Positions 24,143 through 37,698 are shown, numbered from the stretch's first letter. The stretch is DNA of 64,000 nt from Octopus sinensis (GCF_006345805.1 NC_043005.1:89342001-89406000), one strand, 5' to 3'. The notes: a model not told the origin generated them from the sequence alone. Made by a program: numbers and translations.

Positions 24143-25368
24143 CAGGAAGTAAATAGACACCTTTAATATTCAAAATCTTTTATTTAATACGCGAACAATT
24201 GAAATGTAATCGATAGGTAGGACTACATACTTTAGTATTTAGTTGACATTCCCTTTGCAGTTTTTAATTCAGAAACTCTTTTTGGCATTGAACTGATGAA
24301 CTTTGTGATTGTCTCTTGTGGAATTTCTGCCCACTTTTCACGCAACAATCGAAACAGTTCATCTTTAGATTTAGGTTTCTGTCGAGTTTTTCATTTAGCT
24401 CTATCTAGTATGCTCCAAAGATTTTCAATTGGGTTCATGTCAGGAGATTGGCTCGGTCAAGGAAGCTTTTTGATCCCATTTTCAGTCAACTATTGTTGAT
24501 TCCTTTTCAGTGTGTGACATGGAGCCTCATCTTCCATGAATAAAAACTCATTTTTCATTATGTTATTGTGAGAATACATCAGAAGTAGTCCTTGCTTAAG
24601 TATTTCAATGTATTTTTCGGAATTTGTGGTTCCAACACATTTGATCAGCTCAGAACGACCATTGCTGGTGACAGCTCCCCATAGCATTACAGAGATACCA
24701 CCATGTTTCACAGTTGGATGGAATCGTTTCAAATCAAATACTTGATTGGGAAGCCTCCAGACCCAAACACGTCCACTGTCTGAAAATAATGCAATTCTGG
24801 ATTCATCTGAGAAAATTTCTGACATCTCCTTAGTCCATTTCTTTCTTTTCATGATATTAATTGGTTGAAGGAGAGGTTTTCTTCTAGCTGCTTGTCCATA
24901 ATACCCCAGCTTATGCAGATATGTAACACACGTTCTTGGACTAACTTCTAGCTGTTTTGCAATGTCAGAAGCCTTCGAATGGGGTTCATTTTCCACAATT
25001 CTCTTCAAACAGTGAAGCTTCCTTTCCAAGGGCCCAGGTCGGCTGGGATGAGAATCTGTTGATTCTTTTCCTTGGCTTTTAAATTGCACTATAATTCTAT
25101 TAACAGTAGCAAGAGGAATTTGAAGATTTTTGGCAATTTTTCACTATCTAAGACCAGCCTCAGACTGCCCAATAATATGACCTCTTTGAAAATCTGACAG
25201 TTCTGCTGAATTTTTTTGTGCGTGGCATGGTTACTCTTCACAAATGTTTGATATAATGGCACCTGGAATGAAAAAGAATAATTACATTGTAAATTCTACA
25301 CTGCTGAAAACATATTAATACGCTTAGATCAGAAATTTTTAAAATTAAAGGTGTCTGTTTACTTCCTG
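24143..25368 (-). mobile_element. Tc1-family DNA transposon, defective transposase
   Basis: 34-bp TIRs caggaagtaaa(t/c)agacacctttaat with 3 mismatches; transposase from ATG 25228 with frameshifts and stops; FSDESR and FMEDEAPCH (DD motifs), [13 protein letters not shown]. Confidence 0.92.
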
Positions 25369-25444
25369 TGTGTGCTCTGTCCAATCCCTGTCAGCATGGA
25401 AAATATGGAACACGGTTTTTAAATGATGATGATGGTGCTCTCTC

Positions 25445-25534
<90 letters not shown>

Positions 25535-26067
25535 CCTCCTTCCATACTGGCATGATTGTGTGTGTGTTTATATATATATATATATATATATCCTGCTTAA
25601 TGGTGTGTGTATATATATTATATTTATTTATACACACCATTAAGTATGTATGTATAGGTATATGTATGAAAATGTACACTTACTGTCAAGCCTACATCAT
25701 CAGCTGCCTCTCATCCCTCTAACACTTTCGACTCTCCCACCTCACAAACCTGTCTGTCACCCATACCACCATCATTCACAGCTGTCTCTTGCATGCCTCT
25801 CCTCCTCATACCTCTTTTGCATCTCTCTCAATCACTCTCTCCTCTTCTCACCCTCCCTCTACCATACGGCTGCTGTGATTCAAGATTGCAGTGCATCTGC
25901 TCTGTTCACAGGTGTGGCTGTGTGGTAAGTAGCTTGCTTCCCAACCACATGGTTCTGGGTTCAGTCACTTTGCATAGCACCTTGGGCAAGTGTCTTCTAC
26001 AATAGCCTTGGGCTGAACAAAGCCTTGTGAGTAGATTTGGTAGCTGGAAGCTGAAAGAAGCCCGTAG

Positions 26068-26098
<31 letters not shown>

Positions 26099-26099
26099 A

Positions 26100-26700
26100 T
26101 ATATATAAAGGAATACAAAAAATGGGACAAGAACGCAAAACATCCAGACAGATGATACAAAAAAGGGACAAGAAAAAACAAGGATGGGTCATTCAGAGTT
26201 TTCTTTCCTCAGTTGAGTTCCAGATTAGCTTTGCAATTTTGGCTGTTTATACTTGAGATTGCTCCAATCTGGCCAGCCCCAAGGAAAAACTAAGCTAAGA
26301 GGACTAGATTCCTTGGAAGAAAGCAGCGTATGTATACAAAAACAAGGATGGGAAAAAAAAACAGAGAAATGGTACACAAATGTAAATAACAGGACATTAA
26401 CAACAGGTGTCTTTTGACTAAGGACAAATTAAATTAATCTGGGGGCATTGGTGTTCAGAAGACCCTAGACGTCAGGTAAGGCTATGTAAGTGCTACGGAA
26501 GGACTGTAGTTAGACTCTCGGTTCGATTGAGGAGGCTAATGCAGGTCTTGTGTGAGCATGTATATGTTAAATAAAATGAGATAACAAAGCCAAGGCTGTG
26601 TAGAATTTATAGGACATTTATAAGGAGAAAGGTAGTCTTACAGCTGTTTCTGGGATATTACGGATATCCCTTCCTCAGAACACGATATGAGAGAGTTGAA
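26100..26700 (-). mobile_element. Penelope-like element remnant nested in a SINE
   Basis: Carries the hammerhead motif; related diverged sequence at about 63480-63900; splits a SINE into 25910-26090 and 26855-27070. Confidence 0.45.
26635..26684 (-). ncRNA. Type I minimal hammerhead ribozyme motif (Penelope-type)
   Basis: Minus strand: gtgtt CTGAGGA a GGGATAT ccgta ATATCCC a GAAACAGCTGTA agac; palindromic stem III ACAGCTGT; stem I only about 2 bp. Confidence 0.55.
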
Positions 26701-27081
26701 TAGAGGGAAATAGTGGAGCGCAATATAAGGAGTTATTTTGGAAAAGGATGGAGATAGGAAGTATAAAGAGAAATAAGAGAATAAAAAAAATAAAAATATA
26801 TGTAAGAAGTAACAGCTTCATTATCCAAGGAAAGTGCTGTGTAGAATGGGTGTATATATTTGTGTGTGTGTGTCTGTTTGTCCCCCCTCCATCGCTTGAC
26901 AACCGATGTTGGTGTGTTTATGTCTCTGTAACTTAGCAGTTCAGCTAAAGAGACTGATAGAATAAGTACTAGGCTTACAAAGAATAAGTCCTGGGAGTGG
27001 TTTGTTCAACTAAAGGCAGTGCCCCAGCGTGGCCACAATCAAATGACTGAAACAAGTAAAAGAATGAAAGAATATATGTAT

Positions 27082-30000
27082 TGTTGTATAGTGAAATTGT
27101 ACACCTCTCCCGGTAAAAAGTGGTAGTAGTCAATCATTATGAATCGACCAGTAGCTAGTTGACAGAAGGTTGAGAGTATGTGTAGACTGTTGATAGTAAT
27201 GTCTGTGCTGATATAGTAATTATACTGTGATACTGAGTTGATGTTATAAGGATCCAACCCTTTCAGGATAATAATACTGTACAACTGGGGGTCGTACAGT
27301 GCCAGATAGAACCATTCTATTGGCGACTTTAAGAGTTTAAACTAATTCATGTGAAGAATTAAATACCTTGACAAAAAAGAAACGAAAATTTTGTTGTGCA
27401 AACTTATGAAAATCGTAAAATATGGAAGGCCTGTTAGCTGAGATAGTTGAGTTACAAAAACAACAACTTACTACAACAACTCGCAGAACAACGAGAACAA
27501 CAACAAGGATTGCAGCAGTAAATGTTCCAAATAATGAAGTCGATAACGAAACCGGAGAAAACATTTTCACCTGACCCTGTAGCAAATTCCATGAGTGAAT
27601 TCAAATATGATTCCGAAGAAGGAGTAACTTTCGAGGCTTTCTTTCGAAGATTTCAACAAACCTTTGGAAAAGAATTCCAGGATTGGATGGACGATAGGAA
27701 AACACGTCTAGTGTTAAGAAAACCAGGGACAGCAGAGCAACTTCATACTGCCCCCCAAAAAAGCGTCCGACATAAATTTCACCGACATAGTTGACGTTTT
27801 GTGCGAAATGTTTAGTGAAAAGAGATCACTGTTTAATACAAGATGGAAATGTTTAGACATAGAAAAGAGCGAAGATGAAGACTTCACTCCTTACAGAGGC
27901 AGAGTCAACAAAGAATGTGAGAGACTTAGACTAGAAATGCTTACTCCAGATTCTTTCAAGAGTTTTGCACAAGGCTTGGCTGATGACAGGGATGCAGAAA
28001 AACCGAACGAAAACTCTATCAAAACTGGAAATGAACCAGGATTTGACATTGCAGAAACTGTCGGAAGAGTGTGAAAGGATATTAAAACTAAGGCATGACA
28101 CAGAAGAAATTCAATGGAAAGAGTGATTACACATAAGACCAGTGCAAGGACGTCGGAAGACAAAAGGTTGCATGAAAACCAGAAAAAATATCGGGATGTA
28201 GACCCATGTAGTGAGATGTGCCTGAAAAAGATTGTTCGTGTAAAAAAGCAAAGGGTTTTCGCTGCGGATTTACAGAACATATAAAATCACACTGCAAAAC
28301 TAGAATGATAGGAAAATGGAACAAACAAGAAGAAATAAAATAGTTTGTCAGCAGGAAAAGTTGTGACAACAACAAACAGAAAATTTGTGGATGTGAGAAT
28401 TGAAAACACTAGCGTCAGAATGCAAGTAGACACGAGAAGTGATATAACAATCGCAAACAAGGAAACATGGGGACAAATGTGTAAACCTAAATTATGTAGT
28501 TCAAACAAAATGTAACGGGAAGAAAATTATATTTTACGGGCGAATGCGTTTGTAATATAATGTTCAAAAGTCGAACCAAAGAATTGAACGTTTATGTGTT
28601 TAAAAAATCCATGAATATATTTGGCACCGAATGTATGGAGAAGTTTAATTTATGGGATACTCTCATAAGCGCTTTGTGCAATAGCGTAAACAAAGGAGTC
28701 AGACAATTGAATGAGGTCGATGAAGTGAAACAAATAATGAAAGAAACTTTTCCAAAAGTCTTTTCGGAAGGTTTAGGCTGTTGCACAAAAGCAAGAGTTG
28801 CTATCAAAGAAAATTCAACACCTATTTACAAGCCCCAATGGAATGTGCCGTCTGCAGTGGTAAACCAGGTCAATAAAGAACTAGAAAGGTTGGAAAGCCT
28901 GAATATAATTGAAAAGATTGGCCATGCAGACTGGGCAGCCCCAGCAGTGAATGTAAAAAAAAAATAATAAGCCTAGAGGGTGCACAGACTTCTTAAGAGG
29001 ATTAAACAGCTGTTTACTCACACAAAATTTACCCACTTCCAAGCCCAGAAGTTTTTGCTAAACTAAATGGAGAGATAATTTATTCAAAGTTAGACCCCTC
29101 AGAGGGGGATCTTCAAATTCAGTTAGAGGAAGATTTCACACATCTACTAACAATCAACACGCACCATGGATTGTACAAGTTCAAATGACTGCTGTTTGGG
29201 GTAAAAGTAGCACTCACCATACTCCAACAAATAATGAATGTGATGTTAAGTGATTGAGACTTCGCCATTGCATACCTCAACATTTTGATAAAGAGCAAAT
29301 TTTGGGTGCCACATGTCGAACACATAAAGAAAGTATTCGAGAGAATGAGTGAGTACGGTCTAAAACTGACAGAAGAAAACTGTAAAATTTTTTATGAAAA
29401 AAATAAAATACCTAGGTCAAGTAATCGACAAAAGTGGACACAGATTGGACACATCAAGGACAATAACAACAATGAAATATGCCACACCCCCAATGAATGT
29501 GACAATGCTACAAGCATTCCTAGGCTTGGTAAATTTTTACCAAGTGTATATCCCAAATATACATAAAGTACAGGCACCACTTAATGAATTACTAAATTAA
29601 AAATAAAAATGCCTAATGGGTTTGGACAGAGAAATGCCAGAAAGCATTTAACGAGTTAAAAGATGTTAACTTCAGACTTGTATCTTATGCATTTTGACCC
29701 AAAGTTAGAGATAGTACTAGCTACAGATGCTAGTGAGTATGGGATAGGAGCCATGCTCCTACACAAGGATAATGATGGCAGGAGAAAGGCCATAGCTCAC
29801 ACATCAAGGACACTACTACTGGTAGAAAAGAGCTAAAGCCATATTGAAAAAGAGGTGTTGGTTATTATATTTGACATGAAAAAGATCCACAGGTTCATTC
29901 ACAGCAGACGTTTTTTGGTTGCAAACGGACCATAGACTTCTAATAGTGATATACAGATCCAAGAAAGGAATCCTGACGCATACAGCAAACAGACTGCAGT

Positions 30001-31588
30001 GGTGGGGTACCATTCTATTAAACTACAATTATAGAATGGAATATCTGCCTTCAAAAAAGTTGAGGGTATGCCGATGGTCTGTCTAGGCTAATCCCAAGAA
30101 ATAACGACCCGCTGGAGGACACTGTAATAGCAGCACTAAGAGTGGAAGCAGAAGCAAAAAAAAGTGAACACTATTTACGTTATTTACATTTGACGAATAT
30201 TTGTCCTCATCTTGTTTGTTGTTAGCACAATGTTTCGGCTGATATACCCTCCACTAACCCCAAGATTCCAAGTTCAATTTCAGGCAGTGACCTGAATAAT
30301 AATAATAATATGATCGAAAAATACCTTAGGAATGAGAACCCAGGTTCAAAATTTCCAAGACACCTGATGAAGCCTGGAGGGTATATCAGCCAAAACATTG
30401 TGTTAACAACAAACAAGATGAGGACAAATATCCATCAAATGTAAATAATGTAAATAATTCCTCATCTCTTAAATATAGAACTGCGAAAAAAAGTGATATG
30501 GAACATTGTGTATGAACTACCAGTAATACTGGAAGAAATAAAAAGAAATGCAAGAAATGACAAATTAATTAATTAAACAAAAATTATTACTTAGTAGTGG
30601 ACCATGACACAAAATGGCCTGAGGGTGTAAGTGACCACCCTTATATACGGTAATAAACTTCTTAGATGAGCTGTTTGCAAAATTTAGTGCACCGGATATA
30701 ATTGTTTCTGTTAAGGGAACATGGTTACAGTTTGTATCCCATGAGTTTAAAAGATTTTTGAGATGTCCACATTAGAACATAAAATTATAGCACCATATCA
30801 CCCTAGATCAAATGGAATGACCGAACAGTTTATGAACACTTTTAAGAGAACTTTGAAGAAAGCTAAGAAGAAACCATGGACGAAGTCACGATCCAATATT
30901 TCTTTAGGGTATACAGGGTAACTCCAAATCCAAATGTACCAGAAGGAAGTTCACCATCAGAATTAATATTTGCCAGAAAGGTGAAGTCAGTATTCGATAA
31001 ACTGTTGTGCAAATAAAGACACGCCAAAATTCTTTAGAATCAGTGTAAGGTTTATGTAAGAATGTACAAAATGGCAAGCAATACTGGGAAGAAGGAGAAT
31101 ACACAGGAAGAATGATGTATGGTGTAAGAAGTTGAAATGGAATAGAAAGGAGAGATAGAAATCAACTTAAGGAGTCATAGAAAAGGAACCAACAAAAGTA
31201 GAAATACCGATGGATTGGCTCTATGAGATTTTTCAGGTTCCAACACCGTTACAAGAAGTCGAAACCACATGTATAAGGAAAAGAGAGAACACTGAATACC
31301 TAAAAGTGGACCCTAAGAAGAAAAGATATTGAATATATTGAGATAAAAAGGAGGAGGTGGGGGTGAATAAAAGAAATTGCTAAATAAAAAATTAAAAGGT
31401 GAGTGTTGTTTAGTGAAACTACACCCTCCCGGTAAAAAGTGGTAGTAACCAGTCATTATAATTAGACCAGTAGCGGTCGAGAGAAGGTCATGAAGGTTGA
31501 GAGTACGTGTAGACTGAGTTGATAGTCGTGTCTGTGCTGATATAGTAATTATACAGTGATGCTGAGTGGATGTTATAACGATCCAACC
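27082..31588 (+). mobile_element. Decayed Ty3/Gypsy LTR retrotransposon
   Basis: LTRs starting TGTTG at 27082 and 31404 (3' LTR truncated, visibly diverged); PBS TGGCGAC at 27321; gag DPVANSMSEF..TFEAFFRR, CCHC-like knuckle, protease QVDTRSD, RT WAAPAV, RNase H LATDASEYGIGA, integrase PYHPRSNG; many stops and frameshifts. Confidence 0.93.
30168..30483 (+). mobile_element. Same SINE, 5'-truncated, with an inverted copy of its own 3' part; inserted in the Gypsy element
   Basis: About 30172-30252 is the reverse complement of the SINE 3' region; 13-bp TSD caaaaaaaagtga / cgaaaaaaagtga. Confidence 0.8.
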
Positions 31589-32773
31589 TTGCTGAGTGTA
31601 AAAAGTTGAAAGAAACATTGCAAAGCATTCTGGCTGATTCTTTGACAATTCTGCCAGCTTGCCATGTTATCTATTCATCTTTCACTTGTCATTGGACTGC
31701 GGCCATGCTGGGGCAGCACCTTGATGAACTCTTTTTAGTTAAAGGAATTGATCTCAGGACTTATTTTTTTAAGTCTAGTCCTTTTCTGTTGGCCTCTTTT
31801 GCTGAACTGCTAAGTTACAGGGATGTAAACTCACCAAAGCCAGTTCTCAAGCAGTAACAGGGGACTAACACACACACACATATATGACGGGCTTCTTTCA
31901 GTTTCCAGTCACAAGGCTTTGGTTGCCATGATACTGCTGTAGGAAACTCTTGCCCAAGGTGCCATGCAGTGGGATTGAACCTGGAAGCCTGTTGTTTGAA
32001 AACAAGCCCCTTACCACACCTCCACACCAGCACCTAGTAATAGTTAGCATAGTAAAGCAGAAAGATTAATATTTATTTCTTTATTGCCCTACAAGGGGCT
32101 AAACATAGAAGGGGACAAAAACAAAGACAAAGGGATTAAGTTGATTACGTCAACCCCAGTGCATAACTGGTACTTATCTAATTGACCCCAATAAGATGAA
32201 AGGCAAAGTCACCTCAGCAGAATTTGAACTCAGAATGTAATGGCAGATGAAATACCACTAAGCATTTCGCCCAGCATGCTAACGATTCTGCCAGCTCACC
32301 GCCCTAGAAAGATTGATATTAAGCAAGACTTTCAATCAATTTCCATTACATGCTGTTGTGTTGTGACATCTGAGAGCATGAGCGATGCTTACACATCACT
32401 GTGAACATCCACTTGAGAAGTTAGTGGTGCTATATTTACACTTTGAATCACTTCCCCTGCCTGTGTCAGCAAACCACTTAACCTGATTACGATCAAGCAA
32501 GAGGCCCTTATCATGGAAACTTTGGCTCAAGTAGAAAATTCTGAAAATTAACTTTATTTTAATATTAATTTCAATTTAAACATCATTTAAGTTAAAGTAG
32601 AGGGCACGACTGGAAAATACAAAAACTAAAAGAAGCAGCACATGCGTTAGGACACAACAACCTCCTAAGCAGACTGAGTGCAGATATGAGTAGCATATGG
32701 GGAACTGGTACTAAGGAAGGATAGGAAAATATTAGATTTATAAGCCCTAAAATTCACTCCATAATTGCCCACA

Positions 32774-33013
32774 GGCATATGGCGTAGTGGTTAAAAGCAC
32801 AGGCTACTAACCCCAAGATTCCGAGTTCAATTCCAGGCAGTGACCTGAATAATATTAATAATAATATAAAAAAATCCCTTAGGAATGAGAATTTTCCCCT
32901 AGACACCTGATGACGGCTGGAGGGTATATCAGCATTGTGTTAACAACAAAGATGACAAATATCCAATAAATGTAAATAATGTACATAATTCCTCATCTCT
33001 TAAATATAGAACT
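32774..33013 (+). mobile_element. Same tRNA-headed SINE, third copy
   Basis: Same head and tail; CTGATGA intact, GAAAC deleted. Confidence 0.75.
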
Positions 33014-33032
33014 GTATCATTGTTGTTGTTGT

Positions 33033-33240
33033 AAGGCAGTGAGCTGGCAGAATTGTTAGCATGCTTAGTAAATTGCTTAGCAGCCATCTTTATGTTTTTG
33101 AGTTCAAATTCCACCGAGGTCGACTTTGCCTTTCATCCTTTTGGAGTTGATAAATTAAGTACCAGTGAAACACTGGGGTCGATGTAGCCCCCTCCCCCAA
33201 AATTCCAGGTTTTGTGCCTTTTGTAGGAAGGATTATTATT
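33033..33240 (+). mobile_element. tRNA-derived SINE family B (representative). Other copies at about 1905-2020, 10410-10575, 15245-15460, 16735-16935, 19775-20262, 32075-32305(-), 39690-40330, 42290-42505(-), 50000-50200(-), 54785-55000, 58415-58625
   Basis: ggc.g.gagctggcagaa head, ctgagttcaaattc B-box, gtcgactttgcctttcatcctt..gtcgataaa.taagtaccag core, (ATT)n tail. Confidence 0.85.
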
Positions 33241-33958
33241 ATGTTCCACATTTTTAATTTCTATTTTTCATTTTATTTTGTGTGTGTGTGTGGAAGGGGT
33301 AGGCCCAGGAAGATGTCGGTTGAAGTAGTGAGAAAGGATCTTCAGATGTCAAGCTAAGTAACATTGTGGCCATTCATGCGTACAGGCATGTTCTTTATGG
33401 CCATAGCCACCACTCCTCTCCATCAAGAGGTCTTTGTCTTGTGAGCTTGCTGGTGCTGGTACCATATAAAAAGCATCCATGCCAGTGTCATAGGAAAGTA
33501 CCAATGCCACATGGCAAAGCATCCATGTCAGTGCCATGTTGAAAAGCGCTTGTACCTGTGCCGTGTAAAAGGGATTCCTGCTGGTAGCATGTTAAAAGCA
33601 ACCAGTCAACTCTGGAAAGTGGTTGACATTAGAGAGGGCATCCAACCATTGGTACCATGCCAAAACAGATAATTGGAACCTGGTGCAGCTCTGCCAACTC
33701 TGGTCATTCTGTCCAACTCATGCCAGCATGGAAAATGGACATCAAATGATGGTGGGAATGAGACTCATATATATCATCTCATTCTATGTAAACCCCAACA
33801 CTTTGTATTGTCCCTTTCATTCATCCCCCTGGTGGCAAAGAAAAATTATGCTTTTCAATACAAAAATTCCTCTTTATTTCTGTTATAAAGTTGGATGAAA
33901 GACAATGATTCTAGGTTGATATAATAAATCCTCTCAAATATTTTCATTTTGTTATCAG

Positions 33959-34070
33959 ATGTCAAAATCTAAAGGTAACGTGGTCGACCCTATGCTATTG
34001 ATGTCCAAATACACTCCAGATGCACTCCGTTATTTCTTGCTCAGAGAAGGTGTCCCCCATTCTGATAACA
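33959..34070 (+). CDS. MARS2: MARS2 exon 10 (completes KMSKS)
   Basis: tatcag|[37 protein letters not shown]+a|gtaagt. Confidence 0.97.
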
Positions 34071-34559
34071 GTAAGTGGTTATTTCTTTCTTTGAAAGCCA
34101 AAAATGAATTCTTTCTTGGAATAAATTTAATTAAAACTCTACTGAGTACTAATGATTCAAAACAAGTAAGCAACTTTTGTTTTGTTAACCCATAAAACGC
34201 TGGGATTTGTATGGACTGCTGAGCACATTTTATGAAAATGAGACTACCATGCACACATCAAAAGCAAAAAATAGTTTAAATATCTTCTTAGTATAAAATG
34301 GTGGCAAGTTTTACATTATCTGAAAAGTCATTAGTTGAACTATTAGTCCTCTTGCATTGTGAGGGGTATCAGAGCATTTGAGGGACATTAGACCCCCAAC
34401 AAATGCCCATAAACTAAATGCATCTGGGCCACGATCGTGGCCTTCAACCTGACAGCCACAATCGTGGCTTGTTGTTCTTTGTGTGTTAAGTCTACATCCT
34501 GGTTTTTATTTGGAGAAGCTGTGTCTCTTTAGGTATAGAGGGACGGATGTAGGTGTCTT

Positions 34560-34890
34560 AGTGTAGGTACATGGATGTGCCAGTTGGTAAGGAAAAGAGA
34601 GTGAGTTAGGGAATAGGATGAGGAGAGTGGCAGCGAGAAGGAGATGATGGCAAAGATGTGTTGGGACATGCCCTCGAAGGATATTGGGAGTAGTGGGAAT
34701 AGATGAGGTGAAAGAGGGGTTTGGACTGAGTGGGGTCGGCAGGAAGGAGGTGACTGTGGCAAATGATGGAGAGAAATAGAGGAGAGGCCCATGGGTGGAG
34801 ATTGCAGTAGATATGTGGGAAATAACAACAGATGAGCAAGATGAAGCACAGAAGGGAAGTGGCTGGTGGCCAGTGCAGAGTCAAAATAGA
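34560..34890. repeat. Unclassified interspersed repeat; inverted relative at about 17330-17560
   Basis: gatgtgttgggacatgccct.aagg.attggg...ggtttggactg shared in opposite orientation. Confidence 0.6.
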
Positions 34891-36363
34891 AAGGCTTTCA
34901 GGATGTGGACCTAATTGAGAAGAAACATCCTTTCTTGATGCCATCACCTGAAGAATATCATTGAGGAGGAGGAGGTGTTGTGGCTTATATCATCTCCCAC
35001 AGCATTTACTAGTTCACTGACATTGTCTGCTGCCGATATAGACGGCCAGTCTAAGAATAATAATCAAAATATTCAGAGATTGTTGTTGTTGTTATTGCTC
35101 TAGGTCATCCCTGATCAAGCAGACCTAGGGCCAAAGTATTCCATTTGTGACCATCACATCTTTTCTTAGTCATACTGTATCTAGGATGACCTCATGTAAT
35201 GTATCCTGTTTTTAAGATGGCTGGTAGTGATGTGGCTGCTATGTCTAGCAGGTTGAGTGGTTGATCAGGGTGCAGTGCCGAATTGGCATCTATCAATATT
35301 GTGCCAAATGTATTTCCTGCTTCTTGACTTGGTCTTCCGTCCAAGGTCTCTCTCCAGACTTGTGATAAAAAGAAATCACAGATGCAATGGAATGGCGAAA
35401 TGAGGAACCAAACCCAGACTAGGCTTAATGGAAGCTTGTCTCAACTCTAAGGCAACTAACAACTACTTGTTCATACCACAATTGCCAAATCTTTCTCAAA
35501 CAATATTCACCAACTTAATGGCATTCACAGTTTTCAGGTCCTAATCCTCTGGGAAATAATCAAAGACAGTCTTTGATGGCTGTGTGCTAAGCAGCTTGTT
35601 TCCTAACCACATGGTTCTGGGTTCAGTCCCACTGTGTGGCACCTTGGGTGAGTGTCTTTGACTACTAGCCTCAGGCTGACCAAAGCCTTGTGAGTAGATT
35701 TGGTAGACGGAAACTGTAAGAAGCCTGTCCTGTATGTATAGCTATTAAATGATGACTTAAAAGCAGCACCAGTCATGCAAACGTTGTTGGCCACACATTC
35801 ACAATGCATGTGTTTTGTTTATTTGTTGAATTTGCTGCGAGGTAGCACTTAGGAAAACACTCTAATAATGGTGGGTGTGAAAACACCTGAAAGTCATAGA
35901 CCAGGTGAGACAACTCACCTCACATTGAACCAAGAATGCTGGATATTGATATTTTGCCATTATGGCTTATCAATACCACATACTTGGATCGAAATGAAGA
36001 CTGTACTGTGTATGTGTGTGTCCCCCACCACTGCTTGATGACTGGTGTTGGTTTGTTTATGTCCTTGTAACTTAGTGATTTAGTAAAAGAGACTGATGGA
36101 AAAATACCAGACTGTAAAAAAGGTCCTGAGATCAATTCTTCAAGGCAGTGCTCCAGCATGACCATAATCTAATGACTGAAAGAGATAAAAAAAATAAAAG
36201 AATGATTTTAAGTTTTGCACAGTTCAGTAAGTAGGGAGAGGGGCAGTGCAAAGTTTCATGACTGAGCTACATGTTTCCTTTTCATGTGGGATTAATTTTC
36301 AGAACAAATAAATCGTTGTCTGCAAGTAGGTTTGTTTTTGCATTAATTTTATTTTCTTTCTAG

Positions 36364-36555
36364 ATTTCAATGAACAGAAAATGGTAGAATGCATCAATAG
36401 TGAGATTGTCAACACACTGGGAAACCTTTTGAGTAGGTGCACATCACTCAGTATCAACCCGAATCAGATCTTTCCTGCCTTAAACAAAGCCACACTCAAA
36501 GCATCCTTCTCATCTGAAGCCCAGCACACTTTTTACCAACTACAAGAACTTGCTG
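36364..36555 (+). CDS. MARS2: MARS2 exon 11 (anticodon-binding domain)
   Basis: ttctag|(N)FNEQKMVECINSEIVNTLGNLLSRCTSLSINPNQIFP...YQLQELA+g|gtcagt. Confidence 0.94.
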
Positions 36556-37217
36556 GTCAGTTTTACATTTCATTTTCTCTTTTTTCCAAGTTTTCTAATT
36601 GTCTCTCTCTAACTAGATTACAAACAAACTCTTGAATTTAGAGCAAAATATGGCCCTTCAAGGGTAGCCTCATTTATGAGGTGAGTTCCTGGATATTTGA
36701 TGGACACATTGAGGAATTGTAGTCATGCTTAGAGATAGACAGGAAAATTCTTTATTCAAAGATTTAATATGAATTAGATTGAGTGACCACTGCTGTTGGC
36801 TGAACAGTAATTGTGGAGTGGAAGCCCGAGTAACCTCTGGTGTTGATTAGACAATAACTGTTATGTAAAAATATGCAAGTGTCACCACTGGCTTGGCTAA
36901 CCTTTAGCTACATTGTGAATATGAAACCATGGTAACTACTGGTGTTTAATAGGATAGGAACTAAGAGAACAAACTGGCATTCACCAGAACGAAGAATTTA
37001 GTGATGTCACTGTAATAACCCTATGTGAAGAAATTACTCACAGATCCCATTTGCCCCCCAAAATAAATCACGTTAAAGCCATACAGTAAGAGAAAAAGGA
37101 TCTAATTAATTGATAGAACTTATGTAGTGAAGTATAGAGATGAGAAGAATGCATTATTTTAGAGGCTAAATTATTTTACTCTGATCTTGGCATAAAAGGG
37201 AAACAATACCAAATATA

Positions 37218-37305
37218 GAGTAAAGATTGTTTGCCAACATAACATGGCAGTCCTGATTTAGGACGAATGTTGCTGTAATTAGCCACCGGCAAACAATCTT
37301 TACTC
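37218..37305. mobile_element. 88-bp MITE-like element, sister of 14083-14439
   Basis: GAGTAAAGATTGTTTGCC ... GGCAAACAATCTTTACTC with shared internal sequence. Confidence 0.65.
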
Positions 37306-37698
37306 CAAAGTACTGTTACTGAATATCTCTCATTGTGAGATTTACAAATAGTAATTTTCTAATACCAAATATGTTTTGGACTTATTAGATAGTTGACAAA
37401 TTAGTAATAAGAGAATCCAATATGTTGATAATAATTTTTGATAACTAAAGTGTTGGAATAGAGGACACCAAAGTAGGACAAATGACAGTCAAACAACTGC
37501 TGGTGGTTAGAGACGTTTGGAGGCTGGAACAGGATGTAGATGAATATGGAAACATTTGAAGGAGAGAAAGTGGAAGTCTTTATTGTCCAGTGTTAGATTA
37601 GAAGAATACAATTAGAGAAGATTAACGAGTGTTTATGATTGTAGGAGATTGTGAATAAGGTCGTAATTAGACAAAAGTCTATAGATATTGGTGGAGAG

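Noticed and set aside
26186-26222. Second CTGAGGA...GAAT motif in the Penelope-like remnant
   Set aside because: GAAA is broken and no stem I or stem III partner could be found.
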